Shown here one piece after another: positions 9,942 to 18,986 of a DNA stretch of 64,000 nucleotides (position 1 is its first letter; each line of letters opens with the position of its first letter). Under the pieces are notes generated by a model, which was not told the DNA's origin, made no database searches, and saw nothing but the letters and a program-made list of their open reading frames with translations. Source of the DNA: an uncultured Actinomycetota bacterium (GTDB taxonomy: Bacteria; Actinomycetota; Actinomycetes; Propionibacteriales; Propionibacteriaceae); contig CAWKFH010000003.1 in NCBI GenBank assembly GCA_963848845.1, positions 257,471-321,470 on the forward strand. Reading direction: 5' to 3'. The position numbers and the translations under genes are program-made.

Positions 9942-12819
9942 GACCTTGGCGGTGTAGCTGATCGAGGTGGACTCGCCGGCGGCCAGCGTCGCGGACCGTC
10001 CAGGTCAGCCGGTCGCCCGAGCGGGTCAGTCCGGCCGGCAGTTCGCCGAGGACGGCGTCATCGACGACCCCGGAGATGTCGTCGGTGACCGTCGGGGTCA
10101 CCGGCACCGGCCCGGTATTGGTGACGTCGAGGGTGTAGGTGATGGTGTCCCCCGGAGCGACCACTGTGCCCGTGGCGGGCGCGGCAGACTTGGCAAGGCT
10201 CCACTTCACAGTCGCCTGCCTGGTGGTGCAACCGGTGCAGCTGCCGCCGACTCCTTCGGCCTCGACCTGGTTGGTCAGGGTGGCCCCGTCGGCACCGGGG
10301 TGCACTGTCGCGGTGTAGGTGACCGAGGCGTTTTCGCCCGCGGCAAGGGTCGGGATCGCCCAGGTCAGGGTGTCGCCGGAGCGGCTCAGCTGCGCTGAGG
10401 TGAAGTCGACGTCGGCGTCGGCCAGGCCGGAGAGGTCGTCGAGGGCCGTTGCGCCGATGACCCGCGCTTCGGAGGTGTTGGTGGCCGTCAGGGTGTAGGT
10501 GATCGTGTCACCGGGCGCGACGATGCCGCCCGATGCGGGGTCACTGGTCTTCGCCAGCGTCCAGGACGGGGTGTGGTGGGTGGTGGTGCACGCGGCTCCG
10601 CAGGCCGGCGGGTTGGTCTCGCCGGTTGCCGACACCGTGTTGGTCAGGTCGACGCCGATCGCGTCAGCGTTCACGGTGGCGGTGTAGGTGAGCTCGAGCT
10701 TCGCGCCGGCCCTTACCGTACCGACGGTCCACACCAGGTCCGCGCCGGTGAGCGTCGCCGAGCCCTGGGTAGCAGCGATGTCGGTGATGCCGGCATGCTC
10801 AAGGACGCCGGCCAGGGCGTCGGTGACCACCACGTCGGAGGTGAAGCCGACCGGGTCAGCGGTCACGGTGACCGTGTAGTGGATCGCCTGGCCGGGCACG
10901 ACGGTGGCGCCGTCGGCCGGATCACTGGACTTGGCCACGGAGAAGCTGCCCTTGGTACGGGTCAGCCGGTTGATGGCGGTCACCGAGACCGGGGTGTCCG
11001 TCCGCGGGAGGTCGAAGCTGATCCGCCGGCCGCTGGTGGTCCCGGTGGCGTTGGCGACCGCGAGCTCGGTCGACCAGGTGTAGGAAGCGTCGTTCGGCGC
11101 GGGCGGGGTGTCCTCGGTCACCTGGCAATCGCTGCCGACCGGCACGTTCTCCGGGGCGTTCCAGGTGCTGCCGGCGGCGAGGCCGAAGGTGCCGGGGGAG
11201 TTGTCGGGGAACACGTTGCCGTTGGCTGCCCGGCAGCTCCAGGCGAAGGTGTACAGGGCGGCCGGGTCGACGCCCTCGGTGTCACCGGTGAGTTCCTTGG
11301 TGACCCCGAAGCTGCCGGTGATCCGGTTCACCGGGTTGCCAACGACGATCGCCGGACGCTGGCCGGCGGTCACGATCACGGGCTGGCCGAGGTCGGGGGT
11401 GCCCCAGACGTAGGAGTCGTCGATGTTGGAGGGCCGATCCGGGTCGTCCTCGCTGGTCACGGTGCACACCGAGCCGACCAGCACGGGTGGGCTGGTCCAG
11501 TCGGCGCCGGCCGCCATCGGACCCCAGTTGCCGGTGACCGGGTCGTCACCGTCGTGGGTGCATCGGTACTCGCCGGAGAAGGTGAGGCTCGACTCGAGGG
11601 CCGCGGGCAGGACGTCGTTGCCGAGCAGTAGCTGCTTGGTGACGGTGAAGGACTCCTTCACCCGGGTGGTGGCGTTGTTGACAGTGACCCTGGCGGTATC
11701 GCCCGCGACCGTGGCCAGCGTCCCGCCGGCCGGTGCGTAGCCGGGCTGCTGCCAGGTGTAGGAGCTGTCGGTGAGGTCCGCGTCGGCGAGGCTGTTCTCG
11801 GTGACGACGCAGACGGACTCCGCCGGGATGGCCTCGTCCCCTGGGCGGGCGACCACGGCGCTGCCGCCGGTGGCCGGGAGTTCCCAGCTGCCGGATGCGG
11901 CCGCCTCGCCGTTGTAGGTGCACGACCAGCTGCCCTTGACGGTCAGCGAGGCGGCGAAGGCGGTGCCTTGGCCGTCATAGGCCTTGGTGATCGCCAGGCC
12001 CGACCAGCGCCGGGTGGCGGTGTTGGTGACCACGAGTTGCGCCGGCTCAGCTGCCGAAGCGATCCCGACGCTGCCGCCGAGGTCCGGCTGCGCCCAGGTG
12101 TAGGACGAGTCGATCAGGTCGGTGTCGCTCGGGTCGTCCTCGGTGGCTGTGCACTCGGCGGTGAACGGGATGTCGGCGTCGCCGGACAGCGTGGCTTCCC
12201 CGTCGCCGGCGACCGTCCAGTGGCCGGTGTAGCTGTCCGAGCCGTAGGTGCACCGGTAACCGCCGGAGAAGGTGGTGCCCGGCTTCACGGCCCCGAGAGT
12301 GCCGTCACCGAAGGCCTTGCTGACGGCCAGGTGGCCGGTCACCCGGCGGATGCCGTTGGTGACGGTGGCCGTGGGCGCGTCATTCGCAGCGGTGACCCGC
12401 GTGGTCGCCCCGCCGCCGGGGAAGCTGACCGACTCGCTGTCCCAGGCGTAGGAGGCGTCGCGGAGCTGGCTCGGGTTCGGGAACGAGCCTTCGCCGACCT
12501 GGCAGGTCCAGCCGTAGGGCACCTGGTCGATGACGGTCCCGGTTTCGCCCGGACGGACGTGGCGCTGTCGCCTCGAGGTGGCCGCTCTCGGCCGGGTCGT
12601 TGAGGTAGCAGACCGCGGTAACGCTGAAGCCGGCGAAGCTGCCGGACGGGGCGTAACCGCCGGTCGCGCCGCTGAGCTGCTTGGTTGCGCGGACCTTGCC
12701 GGTGTCGCGGAGCAGCGTGTTGGTGACGCCGAGCCGGTTGGCGGCCGCACCGGCGACGGTGACGCCGTGGTACGCAGGTGTGCTGTCCCAGCGGTAGGAC
12801 GGATCGCTGCTGGGGGCAC
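9592..12819 (-). CDS. Adhesin fragment 2: further Cys-pair modules, then the first DUF11-like repeats. Sense is roughly 9990-12565.
   Basis: After a junk N-terminus the frame reads VRPGETGTVIDQVPYGWTCQVGEG..., continuing the module interrupted in fragment 1. Later it reads TPSWTLAKTSDPASGGIVAPGDTITYTLTATNTS.... Sense stops after LTRSGDRLTWTV. Confidence 0.85.
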   Translation of the reverse strand: MPPAAIRPTAGTAHLRTTASPSPVRPPTGSASPTRCSATPARSAQPSSSAARPAVTPRPAASPASALPRSATSTTRPRAATSRRQRHVRPGETGTVIDQVPYGWTCQVGEGSFPNPSQLRDASYAWDSESVSFPGGGATTRVTAANDAPTATVTNGIRRVTGHLAVSKAFGDGTLGAVKPGTTFSGGYRCTYGSDSYTGHWTVAGDGEATLSGDADIPFTAECTATEDDPSDTDLIDSSYTWAQPDLGGSVGIASAAEPAQLVVTNTATRRWSGLAITKAYDGQGTAFAASLTVKGSWSCTYNGEAAASGSWELPATGGSAVVARPGDEAIPAESVCVVTENSLADADLTDSSYTWQQPGYAPAGGTLATVAGDTARVTVNNATTRVKESFTVTKQLLLGNDVLPAALESSLTFSGEYRCTHDGDDPVTGNWGPMAAGADWTSPPVLVGSVCTVTSEDDPDRPSNIDDSYVWGTPDLGQPVIVTAGQRPAIVVGNPVNRITGSFGVTKELTGDTEGVDPAALYTFAWSCRAANGNVFPDNSPGTFGLAAGSTWNAPENVPVGSDCQVTEDTPPAPNDASYTWSTELAVANATGTTSGRRISFDLPRTDTPVSVTAINRLTRTKGSFSVAKSSDPADGATVVPGQAIHYTVTVTADPVGFTSDVVVTDALAGVLEHAGITDIAATQGSATLTGADLVWTVGTVRAGAKLELTYTATVNADAIGVDLTNTVSATGETNPPACGAACTTTHHTPSWTLAKTSDPASGGIVAPGDTITYTLTATNTSEARVIGATALDDLSGLADADVDFTSAQLSRSGDTLTWAIPTLAAGENASVTYTATVHPGADGATLTNQVEAEGVGGSCTGCTTRQATVKWSLAKSAAPATGTVVAPGDTITYTLDVTNTGPVPVTPTVTDDISGVVDDAVLGELPAGLTRSGDRLTWTVRDAGRRRVHLDQLHRQGHGGRPWRDAAEHGQPGLGRRALRQLLRHRPDHAEMVAGQDQHGRRRRHRQARRHHRLHPDCHQRRTGHPARCGSGRRPLRRSGRRHVRRPADRRHHQRQHPDLAGARCRSRWNGES

Positions 12820-15800
12820 CCAGCGCCGAGGTGTCCTCGGTGACCGAGCAGTCCGAGCCGATCAGGATGTGGCCGGCGTCGCCGGTCAGCGTCGCCAGCG
12901 CGCCGTCCTCGCTGCCCGTGCCGTGCCAGGTGCCGGTTACGGCCGGGTCGTCGCCGTACTTGCACGACCAGTTGCCGGAGAAGGTTGAGTCGGCGTCCAC
13001 GACCCCGGCATAGCCGGAGTTGTCGATGGTCTTGGCGATCTCGATCCCGGCGTACACCCGCTTGATCGGGTTCCGGATGCTGATCTCGTAGCTTCCGCCC
13101 GCGTCGGTGAGCTGCACAGCGTCGCCGATGGTCGCGGTTTCCCAGGCGAAGGAGTCGTCCTTGAGGCCGGCGTTGGTGCTGCCTTCGGTGGCCGAGCAGG
13201 TGGCGCCCAGCGGAATGTCGGTCCAGGTGGTCGAGCCGCCCGCCGCGACCTGACGGGTGCCCTGGGCGCCCGCGCCGGTGCAGGTGAGGGTGACCGGGAA
13301 GATCGCGTCGCCGCCGGCGGTGAAGCCGCTGGTCTCGCCGGTGACGGTCTTGGACACCACAACCTGTGCGGTCTTGGCGCTGATCGAGTTCACCACGCGG
13401 ACGCTGACCGGCTGCGCATCGTCGGTGGTGGTGAAGGTGATGCTGCGGCCGTCCTGGCCGGAGTTGGTCGCGTCGCCGCTGACGCTGAGGCTGACGCCGT
13501 CCCAGCGGTACGGGTCGATGGTTCCGGGCAGGTCACCCTCGGTCACGGTGCAGACCGAGCCACCGGGGATGGCCTCGGCCGGGGCCTTCGAGTCGCCGGC
13601 GTTGACGCTGAAACCGCCGGTGATCACCTCGCCCGTGATCGGGGTGCAGCTGTAGCTGAAGCCGAAGTCGGCGGCGGCAGGGAAGGCGTTGCCGGCCGTC
13701 CCGCCATCGACGCTCTTGGTGATGCTGAACGAGCCCTCGGCCCGGTTCAGCGTGTTCACAACGGTCGCGACGGCTCCATCCTTGCCAACGGTCGTCGGGT
13801 CGGGCGTCTGGGTGGACCAGGCATACGACCGATCCCCAGCAACCGGTGCACCCGGGTCGTCCTCCGAGACCGTGCAGACCGAGCCGACCAGGACGTCGAC
13901 GGAGGTCGCCTGCCCCTGGCCGGTGACGTTCCAGGAGCCGGCCTCGACGTGCTCGCCATTGTTGTAGTCACAGCGGTAGCCACCGGAGAAGGCGTACCCG
14001 CCGGTGTCGTGGCCGGTGTGGTTGACGACGTCCTTGGTGATCGAGAACTGGGCGTAGACCCGCCTGATGTCGTTGGTGACGGTGACCCGGCGGGCGTCCT
14101 CGGCCGCGGGCACCGTCACGGTGATCGGGTCGGGCACAGCCTTCCAGGCGTAGGAGGCGTTGGGCAGCGCGTCGTGCCCTTCCGGCGCTGCGGTCTCGGT
14201 GACGGTGCACGAGCTGCCGGCCGGCAGGTAAGGGGTGAGCCCGCTGGTGGCCGAAGGCCAGGTCAGGTTGAACGTTTCGGCGTAGTTGCCGGTTTCGCCC
14301 TGGGCCGCGGCGTCGCAGGTGACCGCGAGCTTGAACTCGGTGCCGCCGGCGACCTGGGTGGCGAAGCTGTCGATCTCCTTGCTCACCTGGAGGCGACCGT
14401 AGCCGATGCTGGTCGGGTTCGTGACGGTCACGGTCCCGGGGTCGGTGCGGGACACCGCGATCGCGCCACCGGTGAGCCCGGCGTAGGTGGGATCGCCCCA
14501 GACGTAGCCGGACTTCAACAGGTTGGCGGACGGTGCCTGTTCGGCGACCGTGCAGGCCACACCGGCGGGCACGGTGACGGTCTCGGTGCCACCGGCGGCG
14601 ATGCTGACGGTGCCGGCGTAAGGTGCGCCGCAGTCGTAGTCGAACTTGAAGTCCTTGCCGGACCCGTTGTAGCCGTTGCCGGTGACGACCTTGGCGAGGT
14701 TCAGGTTCACCAGGTCGCGCTGGAAGTAGTTGGTGACCGTGATCGTGCCGGTGCCGTTGGGGGTGATCGTGACCGCGCTGCTGACGGCGTGGTCGGCCCA
14801 CGCGTACGACGGGTCGACGAAGTCACCGGTCCTGGGTGCCTGGTCCTCACCGGTCACCGAGCAGGTGCTGGACGCCGGGATGCCGGAGATCGTCGCGGAA
14901 GTGCCCGTGGCCACGTCCACCGTGCCCGAGCTGACCGTGGCCCCACCGAGCTGGCAGGCGTAGCTGATCGGGAAGGTGCGGCCGGCGCCGCCGGTGTAGC
15001 CGGCGCCGGGGACGCCGGGGAGCGCCGAGATCGCCTTGGTGAGCTGCAGCGATCCCAGCTGGCGGGAGGTGCCGTTGGTGATGTTCACCGTCGAGGTCTG
15101 GTCGGCGTTGACGGTCACGGTCGCCGGGTTGGCCGGTGCCACCCAGACCCAGGACGGGTCGAGCAGGTCGGTGTCCGTCCCGGTCGGCGGGTTGGCTTCG
15201 GTGACGGTGCAGTTCGCGCCGGCAGGCACGTTGTCGATGGTCACCGGGGCACCGGCAGTGCCGTTGGTGGCGGCCGGGAAGACGGTGACCGTTCCCGACC
15301 TCACGGTGGCGGTGCCGTGCGTGCAGGTGTAGGTGGCGGAGAAGGCCTTGGCGGTGCCACCGGTGTAGCCGTTGCCGGTCACGGTCTTGGTGATCGCGAG
15401 CCTGCCGACCGCGTACTTGTTCCTGACGGTGCAGACCGCACTCTGGCCGGCGGTGAGGGTGAGGGTGCTGCCGTTGAGCGTGCCGCTGGTGCACGACCAG
15501 GCGCCGTCCTGGACGTAGCCGGGCGTGGTGGCGGGATTCGACCCGACCTCGGCGAGGTTGTAGCTGCCCGCGATCACCGTCCTTGTGGTGACCGCGGCGC
15601 TGCCGCCGGCGCCGGAGATGCTCTCGCCGGCTACCGTGCCCGAGCCGGTCGCCGACAGCGTCCAGTCGGCCGGGGTGGCCTGGGTTCCGCTCTGCCCGGC
15701 AGTGGTGACCTGCTTGACCAGGGTGAGGGTCGCCCGCGGCGTGTAGGTGTTCGAGTAGGTACAGGTGATCGGTGCCGCCGTAGCTGTCGGCGTCGAGTAG

Positions 15801-16924
15801 TCGCCGGAGAACCTGATCCCGGACCCGGTGATCGTCAGCCCGGCGATGTCGGAGTTCCCGGCACCATCCACGCAGGCGAGGCCGGTGAACGCCCAGCTGG
15901 GATCGGTGGGCGCCACCTCGGCGACGTTGATGGTCTGGCCGGTGACCAGGTTCGCGGTCTTGACGGCCTGGCCGGCAGCACCCGTCCCGGTGGGGGTGAG
16001 GGCGAAGTTGCTTCCCCACGGCGACCCGGCGACATCGCTGCTGGCCGTGAAGCTGAACGCCGGGTACGCGGGCGGCGCACCGTAAGGAGCTGCCACCTGC
16101 TTCCTGATCGTCAGCGGGCGCACCTCCTGGACCTGCGCGTAGAGGCAGCCGTTGCTGCTGGCGCTCTCCGGGGTGGTGAAGGTGGTGGACACCGTGCCGA
16201 GGCTGGTCACCGTTGCGGTGCACGCGGTGCCGGCCTGGGTTGGCGTGAAGCCCCGGACGATCACGGTGTAGGTGACACCGTCGTAGGTGAAGCTCTGGTC
16301 GCCGACCTGGTTCAGGAAGGTGGTGGTGTCGGGGGCGTTGACTCCGGTCGTCTCGTTCATCTCGTAGCTGAACGGGAGCGTCATGCCCATGAAGCCGATG
16401 TTCAGGTTGCCGCGGTAGTAGGTGCGGGTCAGTGCGTAGACGCCGTTGTTGTTGTGCGTCATCCGGCCAAGGTTGAAGATCGTGCCGGGCGCCAGCGAAG
16501 TGATCGAGGCCGGCGTGAAGCCGAGGGCGCTCTGCGTGCTGAGATCGAGCAGGGTGGTGCAGTTGCCGAATTGGCTGCCACTGCCGTGGCCGGCCCACAC
16601 CGTGTTCCCGGCCGCAGCGTAGACCGTGTTCCCGGTGATCGCTGAGGTGACCGGCACACCGCCGGTGTTGGTGACGGTTCCTGTCGTGGTCGCGCTGGTT
16701 GCCGTGCCAAGCCGGATGCAGTCGGCCGTGGAGAAGCTCGCGGTGCCGCCGCCGGCGGCACTGGCCGTGTAGCCAGTGTGCAGCGCCATCTGGGCCTGCA
16801 CGTTCTGAGAAGCTGAAACTGTGATCGTCGCTGCAGCGGCCACGGTTGGAACCGCGACCAGACCTGCACAGGCCAAGGCGAAAGCCAGGACCCAAGAGAC
16901 CCCTCGGTTTTTCAGCATGTTCAT
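12380..16924 (-). CDS. Adhesin fragment 1 (N-terminal): Sec signal peptide, ~230-aa N-terminal domain, then repeated Cys-pair beta-sandwich modules (DUF5979/SpaA-prealbumin-like by pattern). Sense ends near 12570.
   Basis: ATG at 16924 is preceded by AGGGGAAAG. The signal peptide is MNMLKNRGVSWVLAFALACAGLVAVPTVAAAA. Modules repeat the pattern F-x-Y-x-C ... G-x-x-C-T-V-T-E (e.g. FSATYTCTHG...NCTVTE, FPISYACQLG...TCSVTGE). The last ~60 codons of the ORF are Arg/Pro-rich out-of-frame read-through. Confidence 0.85.
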   Translation of the reverse strand: MNMLKNRGVSWVLAFALACAGLVAVPTVAAAATITVSASQNVQAQMALHTGYTASAAGGGTASFSTADCIRLGTATSATTTGTVTNTGGVPVTSAITGNTVYAAAGNTVWAGHGSGSQFGNCTTLLDLSTQSALGFTPASITSLAPGTIFNLGRMTHNNNGVYALTRTYYRGNLNIGFMGMTLPFSYEMNETTGVNAPDTTTFLNQVGDQSFTYDGVTYTVIVRGFTPTQAGTACTATVTSLGTVSTTFTTPESASSNGCLYAQVQEVRPLTIRKQVAAPYGAPPAYPAFSFTASSDVAGSPWGSNFALTPTGTGAAGQAVKTANLVTGQTINVAEVAPTDPSWAFTGLACVDGAGNSDIAGLTITGSGIRFSGDYSTPTATAAPITCTYSNTYTPRATLTLVKQVTTAGQSGTQATPADWTLSATGSGTVAGESISGAGGSAAVTTRTVIAGSYNLAEVGSNPATTPGYVQDGAWSCTSGTLNGSTLTLTAGQSAVCTVRNKYAVGRLAITKTVTGNGYTGGTAKAFSATYTCTHGTATVRSGTVTVFPAATNGTAGAPVTIDNVPAGANCTVTEANPPTGTDTDLLDPSWVWVAPANPATVTVNADQTSTVNITNGTSRQLGSLQLTKAISALPGVPGAGYTGGAGRTFPISYACQLGGATVSSGTVDVATGTSATISGIPASSTCSVTGEDQAPRTGDFVDPSYAWADHAVSSAVTITPNGTGTITVTNYFQRDLVNLNLAKVVTGNGYNGSGKDFKFDYDCGAPYAGTVSIAAGGTETVTVPAGVACTVAEQAPSANLLKSGYVWGDPTYAGLTGGAIAVSRTDPGTVTVTNPTSIGYGRLQVSKEIDSFATQVAGGTEFKLAVTCDAAAQGETGNYAETFNLTWPSATSGLTPYLPAGSSCTVTETAAPEGHDALPNASYAWKAVPDPITVTVPAAEDARRVTVTNDIRRVYAQFSITKDVVNHTGHDTGGYAFSGGYRCDYNNGEHVEAGSWNVTGQGQATSVDVLVGSVCTVSEDDPGAPVAGDRSYAWSTQTPDPTTVGKDGAVATVVNTLNRAEGSFSITKSVDGGTAGNAFPAAADFGFSYSCTPITGEVITGGFSVNAGDSKAPAEAIPGGSVCTVTEGDLPGTIDPYRWDGVSLSVSGDATNSGQDGRSITFTTTDDAQPVSVRVVNSISAKTAQVVVSKTVTGETSGFTAGGDAIFPVTLTCTGAGAQGTRQVAAGGSTTWTDIPLGATCSATEGSTNAGLKDDSFAWETATIGDAVQLTDAGGSYEISIRNPIKRVYAGIEIAKTIDNSGYAGVVDADSTFSGNWSCKYGDDPAVTGTWHGTGSEDGALATLTGDAGHILIGSDCSVTEDTSALGAPSSDPSYRWDSTPAYHGVTVAGAAANRLGVTNTLLRDTGKVRATKQLSGATGGYAPSGSFAGFSVTAVCYLNDPAESGHLEATAPRPSGRNRDRHRPGALRLDLPGRRRLVPEPEPAPRRLLRLGQRVGQLPRRRGDHAGHRCE

Positions 16925-17039
16925 TCTTTCCCCTAAAAAGAGATGACCATGTTTCGACTAGGAAGCTACACCACCGAAGGCACTTAAAGCCACCGAAACC
17001 GGAAAGATTCGGGAATGCTCTCCACTTTTCCCGGCTTTT

Positions 17040-17124
17040 GTCACCCGCAATGGGGACACTATTTCGAGAATGTCCCCATTCCGGGTGACCGGCATTTATC
17101 GCCGGATGTCCCATACCGGGTGAC
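17040..17124. repeat. Three copies of the locus-specific palindrome TGTCCYC-N3-5-CGGGTGAC upstream of the adhesin gene. The first two form a 19-bp inverted repeat.
   Basis: 17040-17058 is GTCACCCGCAATGGGGACA. 17071-17089 is TGTCCCCATTCCGGGTGAC, whose reverse complement differs from the first copy at one base, with a 12-nt spacer. 17107-17124 is TGTCCCATACCGGGTGAC. Confidence 0.7.
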
Positions 17125-17234
17125 GCCCGTAGTGGGGGGTCTTCGCCAGACCACGGGACGTGGTTGAGCAGGCCCGCGAACGCCACTCGCCGCGGCCTGG
17201 TCGCCCGAGCAGGCGGAAAGGGCCGGAACACGGC

Positions 17235-17270
17235 GGCGCTCCCTTACCTGAGCGCGGGAAAGGGAGCGCC
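17235..17270 (-). terminator. Candidate stem-loop terminator downstream of the tadE-tadG operon (second hairpin)
   Basis: GGCGCTCCCTT (17235-17245) pairs perfectly with AAGGGAGCGCC (17260-17270) across a 14-nt loop. There is no U-tract. Confidence 0.35.
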
Positions 17271-17306
17271 ACCGGACGACCAACAATCGAGCCGCGACCC
17301 GCAGGA

Positions 17307-17334
17307 ACCAGGTCGCCGGCCCCGGCGACCTGGT
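17307..17334 (-). terminator. Candidate stem-loop terminator about 70 nt downstream of the tadG-like stop
   Basis: ACCAGGTCGCCGG / CCGGCGACCTGGT is a perfect GC-rich inverted repeat in the gap after the stop at 17404. There is no U-tract. Confidence 0.4.
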
Positions 17335-17403
17335 CCGGTGCCCAGCAGCATGGCCAGACAATGAATTCAGAGCTGGCTCCGAGGTGCGGGATTGTTGTCG
17401 CTA

Positions 17404-18981
17404 CTAGATTCCTGGCAATGCCATGAGCCTGCCGTGCCCCGAGATCTGACCCATGGCCGTAAGGAAGATACCCTTCAGGTCGTCGGCCGATGCCCCGCAG
17501 AAGTAATTGTCGCGGTCGGAGTTCTCGGCCTTCCGCGCGGTTTCGGACGTGCAGTCAGTCGCCGTGCTGGCCGCCCCGTCCTCCCCCTTCGAGGCCACGC
17601 CGGCCAGCACATCGCGAACGAGCGCCGTGCTGCTGTCGTTGGTCTTGCAGCGCGCGGTGTTCACGTTGCCGTACCCGATCACAATGATCATTACGCCCTT
17701 GCTCTTCGCCTCGGTCGCGATCGCGGCCAGGTTGCTGCAGGCCTTCGCCGAGCCGCCGGCACCCGCAACGCCGATGTCGTAGGGGCTGCTCAGGCTGGTC
17801 GCCGAGTCAGCGCTGCTGAAGATCTCCGAGGGTGCGCCGTCGGTCTCGAAGATCACCACCTTCTTGGGCGTCCCGAGATCGTCCCTTGCCGGCATCCCAG
17901 CGAGGTTGCCCGCATCGAGCACGTAGTTCACCGCGCCCTTGAGTGCCGAAGCCAGGTGGGTGCCCTCATTCGTGTTGGCGGGCTGGCCCGCGTACTGGTT
18001 GCCGTCCCACCCCGCGGTCGGCGCCGGATACCGAACCTCGTCGGACGAGTGGTTCAGGCAGGTGGTCGAGGCCTTGTACAGCGCGCTGCTGGTGTTGACC
18101 TCGATGCCGTCCGTGGTGAGCGTGGAGTAGTCGCTGGAATACGGTACCGACACCCACTTGCCGGCGAACTTCCAGAGCTTGTTGGTGGCGCTCCAGGGCG
18201 TGCCGGACACGCGATAGTCGGCCGCAGTGAAGGCCTCCCCGCCCTTCGGCGTCTCATTCAGGCAACCGTCGCGGGCCCAGCCGATCGCGATCGTGCCGAG
18301 CGCAACGAACTGCTGCTGGCTGTTCATGACACTGAACATGTTGACCAGCCCTTCCTTCAACGCCGTCAAGGCGGAGGAGGACATCGACGGGGTGCGGTCG
18401 GCCATCACGACAACGTCCATCGGGTTCGGAATGGCCTTCCCGCAGAAGCCCCGGCAGGCGGCGGAAACCATTGTCCCGGTGTCGCCCTTATTGATCCCGA
18501 TCGCCGGCCCGAACGAGTAGTCCACCTCCTTGTTGTGCTTGACGACGATCGTGTTGCACTGCTGGCCGGCCGTGCAGGGCACCGAACAGATGTAGTCGTT
18601 GCAGGTCAGTGGATCCCAGACCTTGCTGGTGATCCCACACAGGCTCGAGACAGTCGCCCAGTCGGGCGAGTTGGTGATGTTGTTGTAAGCCACCACACAA
18701 CGCAGGGCAACGCTCGGCGTGATTGCGCCGAGCCCGGCGGCCACCATGTTGTCCGAGGCGAACTTCTCCGCATCCTCGATCGCCTTGGCAGCGTTGCCCG
18801 GCAACTGCTGGGCACCGGCAGCCGCGGCGGAGTCAAGGGAGTTCTGGAGCTGCTGGCGCTCATAGGCCAACTTGGCGATGTCCAGACCGAGCGCCGCCGA
18901 CCCCAGCAGCACCACCATCATCAGGGCAACGATGATCGCAACGGCCCCGCGCTCGCTTCGGTGTCTACCCAGCAGACTCAT
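17404..18981 (-). CDS. TadG-like pilus-associated protein with a von Willebrand A domain (525 aa)
   Basis: The start was moved to ATG 18981, 5 nt after the tadE stop. The N-terminus ERGAVAIIVALMMVVLLGSAALGLDIAKLAYERQQLQNSLDSAAAAGA matches the TadG-like N-terminal pattern. vWA/MIDAS-like motifs DVVVMADRTPSMSSS and VVIFETDGAPSE are present. Confidence 0.75.
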   Translation of the reverse strand: MSLLGRHRSERGAVAIIVALMMVVLLGSAALGLDIAKLAYERQQLQNSLDSAAAAGAQQLPGNAAKAIEDAEKFASDNMVAAGLGAITPSVALRCVVAYNNITNSPDWATVSSLCGITSKVWDPLTCNDYICSVPCTAGQQCNTIVVKHNKEVDYSFGPAIGINKGDTGTMVSAACRGFCGKAIPNPMDVVVMADRTPSMSSSALTALKEGLVNMFSVMNSQQQFVALGTIAIGWARDGCLNETPKGGEAFTAADYRVSGTPWSATNKLWKFAGKWVSVPYSSDYSTLTTDGIEVNTSSALYKASTTCLNHSSDEVRYPAPTAGWDGNQYAGQPANTNEGTHLASALKGAVNYVLDAGNLAGMPARDDLGTPKKVVIFETDGAPSEIFSSADSATSLSSPYDIGVAGAGGSAKACSNLAAIATEAKSKGVMIIVIGYGNVNTARCKTNDSSTALVRDVLAGVASKGEDGAASTATDCTSETARKAENSDRDNYFCGASADDLKGIFLTAMGQISGHGRLMALPGI

Positions 18982-18986
18982 GGCTC

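Larger units (their letters stand above)
876..16924 (-). pseudogene. Giant LAxTG-anchored surface adhesin gene (~5,349 codons if repaired), reading frame interrupted four times
   Basis: Five consecutive minus-strand ORFs carry the same repeat family without any gap. At each junction the domain sequence continues in a neighbouring frame. Inferred indels lie near 12560-12580, 9985-9995, 9050-9060 and 8145-8155. There is one signal peptide at the 16924 end and one sorting signal at the 876 end. Confidence 0.8.

Noticed and set aside
876-10500. Regular ~360-nt / ~1.1-kb periodicity and the series of 183-nt shadow ORFs, considered as a CRISPR-like or satellite array
   Set aside because: The periodicity is the DNA image of protein-domain repeats in one long coding frame. 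The units diverge at the nucleotide level, there are no short identical repeats with unique spacers, and there are no cas genes.
8140-12580. Programmed ribosomal frameshifting or phase variation at the adhesin frame breaks
   Set aside because: No slippery heptamer, long homopolymer or short tandem repeat lies at any of the four junctions. The shifts go in both directions (+1 and -1). Mutation or a consensus error is the simpler explanation.
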